This document shows positions 53,890 through 64,000 of a stretch of DNA of 64,000 bases, piece after piece. Position numbers and translations under genes: made by a program. This stretch comes from the human T2T-CHM13v2.0 reference genome, Homo sapiens: NCBI RefSeq assembly GCF_009914755.1, contig NC_060939.1; one strand, written 5' to 3'. Position 1 is the stretch's first letter; every line of letters begins with the position of its first letter. The notes beneath the pieces are model-generated. The model ran no database searches. It was not told the origin of the DNA and saw only the letters and a program-made list of their open reading frames with translations.

Positions 53890-56800
53890 TTTATGATTTT
53901 ACAAGATTTCCTGAACAGGAAGTGCTCCTTTTTCTCCAGTTCACAATGTCACACTGGGCATCTATGGACTTGAGAATAACGGAATTACCTTTGCTGCGTG
54001 GATTTTCTTATGCACGTTTGCTTCATTGCCATTAATCTTCACATATTACACCTAGAAACTTGAAGCCGGAAGCAAAGTCCAGAGTGACAAAGCCAGAGAA
54101 GAGAGACCTAGGAAAGAAAGCATTTGTGTGAAGGTGTGAGTGTGAGCTCATCTGTGCTTTTTGTCGGGGAGGCAGAGCATTAGTAGGACTCAGAGATGCC
54201 CAGAGGGGTCAAAGGAGTGGGGACAGAGAGCAAGGGATGCAGTGAGAGATCAAGAGAAAATCGGCAAGTGAGTGGAGGAAGAGAGGGGACAGGTAGACCG
54301 GGAGAGGGAGTGGGGAGCAGAGGAGAGGCAGGGAACGGGGAGTGGAAGAGAGAAGGAAAAGGAGAGGGGATGTCCAGGAGCAGGATAATAGATTGAAATA
54401 AAGATAAAGCCAGGAGCTCGGGTTAAGATAGGTAAGAAGTGGTACTTTCATGGAAGTTTTTCCTGAATCTTTCTGAGGTCCTGGGCGCAGGGTGGGTGGG
54501 AGATGGATACAACAGGGGAGCTGTTTGAGGCCACCTTCTCCTTTTATGTTTTCCAACTCCTGCTCCTGAGAGGCAGCACCTGGATCCTTACCTGCGGGTA
54601 AACCACTGGGATGTCTGGGGTCACTCTCCCCTCCTACCGGTTGTCGCCTGTACCACTCTCCACGCTCACTGAAGCCCAGTTTCCAGGGAGCTCCCCAATC
54701 CCTTAGTGTCTGCAGATACAGCCAACAGCCAGCACTGCCATCGGGCCACCTGGCCACACACCTCCTGCCCTCTGCCTGCCCTCGTCCTTTTCTCAGCCAG
54801 GACACCCCATTGCCTCCTCCATAGGTGCCAGCTCTGCCCGAGGTTCTCTTTCCCTCTTGGAGTGATGGAGGCTGGCAGTACAGAGTACCCTTCCCTTTAA
54901 GTTTTGGTTCTCACTTTTGAAGAACCCTGAGCCTCCAGGATTGCGGGCATAGTAACTTCCTCCTGAGAAGAGCCGTTATTGGGTCAGTCCCTGCTTCAGA
55001 AGCAGCAAGGTCCGTTGCTGCTGAGCGGAGGCTGCATGGGCCTTTGAACTGGCTTCCTTTCATCCTGGGCCCTGGTCCTCCCTTTCCCACCCCTTCCCAT
55101 AGAACCATTTGCCTCCCAGTCCAAACAGCTGCCCCCCTCCCATGCACATTGCTGACCCCACAGCCCTCTCACATTCCTCTGGCTCAGAGGCCAGGTTCCC
55201 TCCCTCCCTCTGTCCACAGGAGCAGGCAGTACTAAGGATATGCTGTCCAAGGCCATTACCGGCTTAGAAGTGGGAGGCGTGTGGGCTTCAGAGACAGCTT
55301 TGAAATGGCCGTGGATCACTTGGCACTGATTTTGCACCTGAATAATTGAGAACCTTGTATGTGCCTCTTAGGGCAGCACTCAGAGCAAAATTTATCCATT
55401 CATTGATTCATTTATTCATCCGTGTCAAAAATATGTGTTGATGGTAAAAGGAATTTGAGGAGATATGGGCAAAAAAAAGGAAAAAAATGTGTTGAATGGC
55501 TAGTGCGTCCCAGCTACGATGCCATGCACATGTGCAATTGTGAGCACATTGTCTTCAGCTAACTGCACCGGAAGCCTCCACTTCCTACAGCCCAAGTCAT
55601 CCCCTCCTTCATCCTTCCCCCCCGCCCTGCACAGCTCCCCTCCTTATTCAGCTTTCCCCCACCACTTTTACCTACAGACTCAGGGATGGGCCCCTTCATC
55701 TTGGATTGATGCTTCATCAGCCTGGGTGGGGCAGCGGTAGGTGAAGTCTCAACATCTTACGAGGTCTGGACTCTGATCTTACTGAGTTTCAGGATGCTGG
55801 CAGGTAAAGCAGCTGGGATCTGAGCAGTCACCAAGGCTTCTGGGAACGCCGTTCTGTGGGGCCCACTCAATCTCAAAGAAGGCGACAAGGAAAGCATGGC
55901 CATCACTGAAGGGTGTGGTGATTCCATACGACAAATGAATAGACACTGCTTCCTGACCTCGGGGAGTTCCTCCTACCTGGGGAAACAGAAACACACAGCA
56001 AGTGAGGGATTCTAACTGTATTGTGTTCCTTCACTACATCCATCCAGGTGTCCCCATCGTGGTGCCACCTCCATAGGGTTTGAGTTAAATGTACAGGAAG
56101 TGCATGTTGCTGTCCACTGTCTAAATTAGGAGTGATACTCCCAGGACACCCACATCCTCCAGATGATTAACCATCTGGTATCCTGGCGGGGGCTGTGTTT
56201 GCTTCATGACTTGTGTGGGCCCTGGCACCAGGAAGGATGGTAGCTGCTCTCGTTGTGTCTGGACAACAATCAGTACACGTGGAGAAGGGGCACATGTCCC
56301 TGGTTATGTGGACAGTCTTCATTTGTGCCTGGGATTTTAACGTCTCTGCATGCTATCTGATTTAGTATTTGTCCCACTCTCCTTCAAAGGTGTGGGTTTT
56401 GCATAATTGAGAAGGCCAGGGTATCTGTGAGCCCAGCGGGCATGACTCAAGCTTGACTCACCTTGTCTGTTACTTCCTGGTTAAACAGTGTTTAGAATCC
56501 ACGAACTTATTGCCTCCTCCAGAGCCTTCTGCATCCGTCCCACTGATGGTCTCTCCTGGTTTGTGCTGTTTGGCACCTCTGGTTCCCAGAGCTCTCTGGA
56601 TTTACCTGCTGTGTCACTTTTCACACAGCTTGTCCTGGCTGTTTGCTGGTCCTTCTTCTCCCTTCTCGATGGGCTCCATCTTTCCTTTCTGTATATTCAG
56701 GGCCTTATACTGTGCCATGGAATAACCTCAGTCTACCCTTTGTGGAGAGAAGTGGGCCTTCACTCCTCACTGCTCCAGCATCAAGAAGTCACGAGGTTGT

Positions 56801-57509
56801 GAAGGGAGCCACAGGAGGAACTGCACGCTCGTCAGGCCACTGTTACCTCTTGCCCCGACTTCAGAGCTGGTGGCGGTGTCTCCCCCACCTTGAATAACTC
56901 ATCTTTTAATATTTTCTTTGCCAGAGTCTCACCCACTCCATCTCTCTTATCCCATTTTTGTCTTCTCTCCTCTTTTGTGGCCTCATCTCCCCGGTTTTTA
57001 CTCTTTCCTGAGTATTTCAGATATTTTACCGTGCACATTTACTACTGTACTAATCAGAAAACCCTGAATATGATCACACCCAGGACACAGTGATAATGAT
57101 GCTTCTTTCACAGTGTTGCCATGTGGATTTATGAGCCTGCTCAGGGCCTGCCACCTCTTTGAAACTCAGTAGCTATTTCAGCCTCAAATTCTGCCTTTTC
57201 CCCCTTTCATCACCTCTGTCCCATCCCTGTAGGGAAGTTTGCTCAGCTGGAGGTGGCTACACCATTTCACAACTGCCGGCTTCTGTTCCCCTCCCTCAGT
57301 TCTGTGTTCCCAATTCCCACGCAGCCTGCCCACAGAGCCGAGCATTTCACTTACCTTCGATTACATCACTTGCATTGCTTCCTGATCATAAGAGTATTAT
57401 ATTCTAAGTTTTTAAAACACAGAGATAATAGAAAATAAGTGGGCAGTAAAAATCCTATGTAGTCTTACCATTCAGTTATTAGCTTTGTTCCTTTTTAAAA
57501 TGTATTTAC

Positions 57510-57511
<2 letters not shown>

Positions 57512-57556
<45 letters not shown>
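57512..57556. repeat. (CA)n microsatellite, ~22 units
   Basis: Direct reading. Confidence 0.95.
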
Positions 57557-57560
<4 letters not shown>

Positions 57561-58287
57561 CTCTTTCTCTGTCTGGATGTACACATATTAGAGGTGCGTT
57601 GAGTTAATTCAGTTTTCCTTAATGCTGAATGGCTGAGCATCTATGTTTGGCTGTGATTGAGGCTGATGCTGAATCATTGAATGAAAATATGACATTCTAA
57701 CAAAAATAGGTATTGTTCTTATGTTATTTTTATTTATTAGGATTCCTCACATTGTAAAGTTAAACTCTAAGTCAGAAACAGTTGTATCTAGACCTTGCCC
57801 GCTGCTAGATACTCCTGTGCTTACCATGCTGCAATTTATTATACTAAATATAGACATTTGTTTGCAACTGAGTTTGGTGGAGGAATGAACTACGTTGGTT
57901 TTGTTAATTATGTCTGCATTGGTGATGATTTACTACAGATGTTATGGTGTGATATGGGAGGTTTTTTCCCCTGTGAATTTTTGAGGTGGCACAGTTGATA
58001 AACTTGGCAACTAATTTGTCCTTATAAAGATATGAAGGATTCCAAATAAGACTTTTTCTTGAAAGATGCATGGTCTAAACAGAAACAGGTAGAAAAATTT
58101 AAAATCCTAAAGATTGTTTATTGTTGTGAAGGCCAGCATACCAAACAATTCCACAAAGACATAATTTATAATATACACTAATAATCTCTTTTATTCTGTT
58201 TTATAGTAGTATTTATGGTTCTGTACATATCTTGGCTCAGAAAGAATATGACAGTCTTTGTAAAAGTAGCAAGCAAATGTTTTGCCT

Positions 58288-58550
58288 CTTTTTTGGGGTG
58301 GGGGGATGGAGTCTGGCACTGTCACGTGGGCTGCAGTGCAGTGGTGCAATCTCGGCCCACTACGACCTCCATCTCCTGGGTTCACGCGATTCTCCTGCCT
58401 CAGCCTCCCAAGTAGCTAGGATTATAGGCACACGCCACCACGCCTGGCTAATTTTTTGTATTTTTAGTAGATACGGGGTTTCACTGTGTTGGCCAGACTG
58501 GTCTCGAACTCGTGACCTCGTGATCCGCCCATCTCGGCCTCCCAAAGTGT
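58288..58550 (-). mobile_element. AluS (Sg/Sc-like), 5'-truncated with degraded tail
   Basis: gatggagtctggcactgtc..cctgcctcagcctcccaagtagct..gacctcgtgatccgccc..cctcccaaagtg. Confidence 0.88.
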
Positions 58551-61500
58551 TGTCTCTTAATATTTGTATTATTTCCTCACTTCCTATTAAATGTAACTAT
58601 TTGTTAAAGTTCTTGATAATTGATTTGCACACAAATTTTGCATATAAAATTAATAGCTTTTACCATATGGTCAAAGATTACTGCACATTTCATTCTTGCA
58701 ATAATATTTATATTTATACACCATCTGACTGGGAGAGTTCAAAATACATCATACATACAAGGAGCTTTTTAATCTGAGTACATCTAGAATGCAGATTTAC
58801 ATTTGAAAGTGAACATGCGGACTTGAGCAATAAGTTCATGTGGCATGGCTTATTTGTAGTATTGATGTTGTTATGCTGTAGACGTAGAGATGGTGGTGAC
58901 CTGAGTATCGTAAGGCCATTGATCATGCACAAGTTCAGGGATGCCAGAAATGATCTTGCAATAGGTATTTGACTGTTTGTCCTTTCAAAGGCCAAGGCAT
59001 TCATTTAGAAGCCATGGCCAAATAATAGGTTTTGGGCAAATAGTGTAGCTGAAGCTGAACTTTGATGGGTCCCTGATAAATATGTTTGCATATATGATTC
59101 TGTATCCTGCTCCATTAACTTACTCTTAGCATTTTCCTATAACATTATCTTTGAAATCATGATATTTAAAGGTTAAGTAATTTTTATCTGGGAGTATTCC
59201 ATAAGTTATGAGCTTTTCTCTTTATGTCAGACTTGTTAGTTCATTTGGTTTCTGTTCAACTTCCAACTGCCTTTGGACAGTCAACATGCATCTTGGTCAT
59301 TCATTTCTTTCCCCTACCTTTCATATCCTCAGCCACTGTGAAGAGGTCTCTGCAGTCATTGAGAACTGGCCTCTTCCCTTTTATACAGGAAGGTCCCTCA
59401 GGTATCTGAAGACAGTTTTATCCCTCCTTCTGCCTCAAGGACTCTCCAGGCCAACAAGTTGTGTCTCACTAGCAGGTCCTCCTCAGTGAACCCTTCACCA
59501 TCCCATGGTTCTTTCTCGTATTTTTGAATGTGGAGAATCAGAGCTTTGAACCCTCCTGTGTACTCTTCCACCAGCAACCCATGCCTTGCACTTTCTCCTT
59601 CAGGGTCTGTCTTACTGCACAGGGCTCCTGATTCCCTAGACTCAGGTCTTGGTAGGCCAGAGTCTAGGTTTTGGCTGAGACTCCTTCTAAGACCTCATTA
59701 GGGACATTCAGTTCACTGACGGACACCAATCCTTCCAACCTAGATGTTCTGGGCTGGCTTCTGTGTGATTGATGACACACACTTTCTTCTGATGGTCTGC
59801 GGCTTCTAGGTTTGACTCAAGCATGAGACAAGTCATGGGTGGATGTCTCATTGCAGTTAGACCTGTGGGGTCATCTCGCACAGAGTGGGGCAGGTTGAAT
59901 GGGTCACTCATCCTTGTTGTCTTGCTCCAGAATCATATCCTTGACAGCAGCCTCTCCACTTTTCTTCCATTGGAATTACTGGTTACCCATCTTCTTGCTG
60001 GGTCTGTTTTATTTTTACTCCTTTTACAAATTTCAGCACAGAGATTACAGGACTTCAGCCCACAGGGTGGAGAAGGAAGCTGGAGTTAGTGGGTTCGGAC
60101 ACTAGTGGGAACATGGGGAGTGACACCATAGTGTGCTGTAGTGCAGTGCCCCTGTTCCAGAGGAGAGCCAGAGCTCTACCTGAGCCAGCACTGTTAGCTG
60201 AGGTGGGAGGGCATCTCCCCGGGCTGCCTTGGGACTGGTTTCAATTCCCTAATGCCAAAACCTGCCTGCCTACTAGAAGGGGCTCAGGCAGGCATCCAGG
60301 GCTCGGTATCCAGGCTGGAAGCACCAGCCAGAGGAGACAGGACCTGGCCTCTTCTTGCTTTCCCAGGTCCAGTGGCCATCCTCTTCTCTATTGCAGAGAC
60401 CTTGGCCCAGCCTGCTGATCAGAAAAGAATGTCTTACAGAGGATCTCACGGCTGGTTAAAGCCGAGCATGGATCTGCAGTCAGAGTTCTCTGATTCTCAG
60501 TCTAATGATTTTCTGTACATTGTGCTATAAAAATGCTACCCCATGGAGGCCCTTTGGGAATCATGTGCCCTGTCTTCATTCCAGAAGTAAGAGGGACCCT
60601 CCCTTGCTTGGACTTCAAGAAAAATCCTTTATTATCTCTCACTAAAATGTTTGGATAAGAATCTAGATTTTTCAAATATGCATTTGTTATGGTTTCATAG
60701 GAAATCCAAGTAACCGATTTTTCAGAACCTAAGCAGTTAATGCTAGAAATTTTGCTGCAAATAAATTGATCAGTATGCAAGACAGTTGTCACGGCTGAAT
60801 CATGGTCCACAGTTAAGGTAAACAGATCTGTGATGACATTTTCTCAGCAGAATACAAATGCAGCTACATTTCCTCCCAGAGGTTTCTGACATTTCTTCTA
60901 CACGGATAACAGATTCTCCTAAGAAGGTGTTGGTCACAAGGAAGAAAGATCTTTGTTTAATCCCTCTGAAAAGGTAGGGCTGTGATATTTGATGTGCTTT
61001 CTGTGAAGAGAATTGTTCTAAGAGAGATGAATATTGAGAAGAGCGTTTTTCTTTGGTTAGTTGCCTGCCCTCACCCCCCTCCCAGCCATGGAAAGAGCCT
61101 TTTGGTTTTTCATTTATTTGAATGGCCATTAAAATATTGTGTGTTGTCATGTTGTGAAAGTTTGCATGTAATTGATTTTTTCCCAATGTAAAGATCAGGG
61201 GATATTTTTCTTACTTGGATTCACATGAAATGTAGGGAGAGCAAGATGTCTTTTTTTCCATTTCCTCCTGTTCCTTTCATCTGTAATGCTCTCAAGTTCC
61301 ACGTTTTTTCCAGGTTTTCGCTGCCTACACTGTATTATAGGAATTCTACACAGTACGTCTGCATCTGAAATGTGAAATAGTCTGTAGCTAGATGCTGCAT
61401 TATAAGCCAGATATGTTTTCTGTGTTACGGTGAACCTTACAAAATCTTTAGCTTGTACTGATTTTTAAATGAGCTCCAAACCTCATTCCAACTTTGCCTA

Positions 61501-62609
61501 AGAGCAGACAGTCATTTCCCCTCTGTGTGTAATGGGAAACAATTTCCTGAGGGGATATTTGCATTTGGAGTCAGACTGCTGCGAATACAGATATTTCTGT
61601 CTATTTGTGCATTTGCCATCGGTTATGATCAGGGATCTGAGCAGAGATCTAGACAAGAGCGTTGCATTTGAGTGGGGGAATAACTCTCGATCTGTAGGGA
61701 GTTGCAGTTGGGATAAAAGACCAGAAATCTCCAGGGACTGGAAATGAACAAGAAAGCATACCCCTCAGAGGGGGCTAAATGACTCTGCTCAGAAATTCTG
61801 GAGCAGTCAAAGGAACGCTTTTTAGGAAACGGCATCTTTCCCATCGTACTTCGTTCCTCCCAGAGCATTTTTTGCAGTCCATTGCCAGGTTAGCATAGGG
61901 GTGGTGTCCTCCAGGAAGCCTTCTCAGATCTTCCCAGCCTTCCCCACCACATGGTATCCAGCATCCCTCACAGCATGCATTTCTCAGTGTGAAATTACTA
62001 GACTCTGTGCCTCCATCACACTTAAGCTGAACTTGTCAGAGGCAGGATTGGGTCCTTTCATCTCTGACCATCGTTCAGCTTCTAGCACAGCCCCTGGCTC
62101 AAAAGAAGAGCTTTGCAAATGCTGCTTATAATTGAAACAGAGACCACTTTCTCACAGCAACCTCTGCAAAAGGAAATAATGTCCTGATAAACTCCATGTC
62201 TTAGCTGAGGAGAAACTGAGGAAAATAGTGATGAAGCCAGAGCTAGAAGTAGGCTGCTACTGAATGTGTGGCCCCCTGATTCAATGAACCGAGGAATGTG
62301 TGAGCACTTGTACCTCTACTTTGCTGCGAAAGTCCTCCTGTATTGAGCATGTGTGGCATGGTAGTTGTAAATATGCAACTGGCCCAATCATATTTTTCTT
62401 CTGTCTCTAAAATTTTTTTTGCCCTATACAGTGTAGGAGGATCAGGTGACCAAGGTTTTTTAGAATTTTCCCTTTTTGGGATCTGACGCCGACACACTAT
62501 TTTGAGGCAGTGACATCATCTCTTTCCTCTGGCGTGCCCTCCTTGCGGCTCCATCATTCAGGCCTTGTCATCTCTCACCTGGACTGCTGTGACCTTCATT
62601 CATTCCCAG

Positions 62610-63000
62610 GAGAAGTCCAGGTACAGTAAGAATGAATCACCAGGGACCAGACCTGGACTGGGTAGGGGAGGGGTTGTTCAGAGACAGGCCTCCTTGAGGA
62701 GTGATATTTGAGCAAAATCTAAATGACTGTAAGGAACTAATGAGGTGAAGAGAGAGAGGAGAGCTTTCTTGCCAGAGGACATAGCATATGCAAAGGTCCT
62801 GGGGTCAGAACGGAACATAGTGTGTTCAAGAAACTGATAAGGCAGCATGGCTGCAGCCAGAGAGGTAGGCTGGAGAGGTAGGCAGTGGCCTGATCACACA
62901 AGAACAAGTTGATGATGGCAGGGAACTCCAGGTTTGGGCTAAGAGGAAAGAAAATGTGTTAGAAGACAGAGGCAAGGGCTGGCCTTGTCTGATGTGGCTT
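62610..63000 (-). mobile_element. L2 fragment
   Basis: ggcctccttgaggagtgatatttgagcaaa..gccagaggacatagcatatgcaaaggtcctgggg. Confidence 0.6.
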
Positions 63001-63926
63001 CCGAGTGTGGAATGAGTGGGAAGGACAAGAGTGGAATGCAGGAAGGTCAGGGGCGTCCTGAGGCAGGCCAGCAGCAGAGCCCAGAAGATGGAGAGACCTC
63101 TCGGAGGTAGCAGCAGGGCTTGCTATTGGATTGGAGAAGCAGCAGCGGAGGCAGCGCTGCTGCCAGGCACCTGGATGAGTTCACCTAGGAGGACACATAT
63201 GATAGGAGGCTGCACAAGATGCCCTGAGGTCTGGAAGAGGAGGAAGAACAGGCAGAGGAGGCCTAGGAAGAGGGGCCTGAGGCAGGAGGTGAAGGACGTG
63301 GTCCTGGAAAACCAGGCGAAAATGCTTGAGACAGAGCAGGGGGCCACATCCCCATAGAAGGTCAGGGGCAGAAGAGCCACTGTTTGCCTTCACAAGAGTG
63401 GCCTTGTGACGATGGCAGCTCTCTAGTGGGGTGACAGACGAGAGAAGGTTGAAGGAAGCATGGGAGGCGAGGAACCAGCAAGGGGAAGCAGCTCTTTGGT
63501 GGTTTTGCTTCATGAAGGGGAGCGGATTACTTTTTCTTGTGTAATGGAAAATTCGGCCTTGGCTTTTGAGATTGATTTGAATTTTGATGTGTGTTATAGA
63601 ATGCGTTCATGTTTCTATGCTGCACCAGATGCCTGTCTTTTCCAAATGTGGCAAACCCTCAGCTGCATGGGGAAATCGAGGTGAGGGTCCTGTTCTTCAC
63701 GCCCATTTCAAATGAGTTCCTTGCCAGGCGCTGCTTGAGCTACCCGTGACAAACTGGAAACAAGAGGGGATGGATGACTTGTCCAGGATCCCTGGGTTTC
63801 CTTCTGAAGGGTGCGTAGGGCTGTGGGGTCCCAGGGCTGTGACAAATGGAGGGCACACTTCCCCGCTCAGGCGAAGCTTACCATCAGCGAGGAGGAAGTT
63901 GTTCCCTGTCAGGTCTGGGGTGGGCG

Positions 63927-63981
63927 GTGTGTGTGGTTTGTGTGTACGTGGTGTGTGTGTGTGTGTGTGTGTGTGTGGTGT
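63927..63981. repeat. (TG)n compound microsatellite
   Basis: Direct reading. Confidence 0.85.
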
Positions 63982-64000
63982 GAGAGAGGTGTCTGTGGTA

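Noticed and set aside
63016-63513. Purine-rich, Glu/Arg-coding-looking stretch
   Set aside because: Continuous with decayed antisense L2-like sequence; no ARNT2 exon 2 peptide in any frame shown

Overview
Primate (almost certainly human) genomic DNA. It holds the CpG-island promoter and first coding exon of ARNT2 (bHLH-PAS transcription factor) on the + strand: ATG at 24100, MATPAAVNPP plus the G of a split codon, then a GTGAGT donor at 24131. About 24 kb of upstream sequence precedes it, and about 40 kb of intron 1 follows; I did not find exon 2 in the window. The rest is typical interspersed-repeat landscape (Alu, L1, L2, MIR, ERV1/MaLR LTRs, hAT and Tigger DNA transposons, microsatellites). 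None of the ORFs in the supplied track looks like a real gene; they are Alu/L1 remnants, GC-island open frames or chance. I cannot support a new biological system here. The most unusual structure is a compact 2.4-kb cluster in intron 1 (31.2-33.6 kb). It contains a ~170-bp high-identity inverted duplication that I do not recognise as a known repeat, around a ~700-bp spacer. Next to it is a ~135-bp locally templated insertion flanked by a perfect 39-bp direct repeat. Also notable: a 219-bp tandem duplication inside an L1, a three-arm Alu inside one TSD pair, a perfect 44-bp tandem duplication, and CTCF-like motifs. Repeat subfamily names come from recalled consensus sequences, and most boundaries are approximate unless a TSD is cited.
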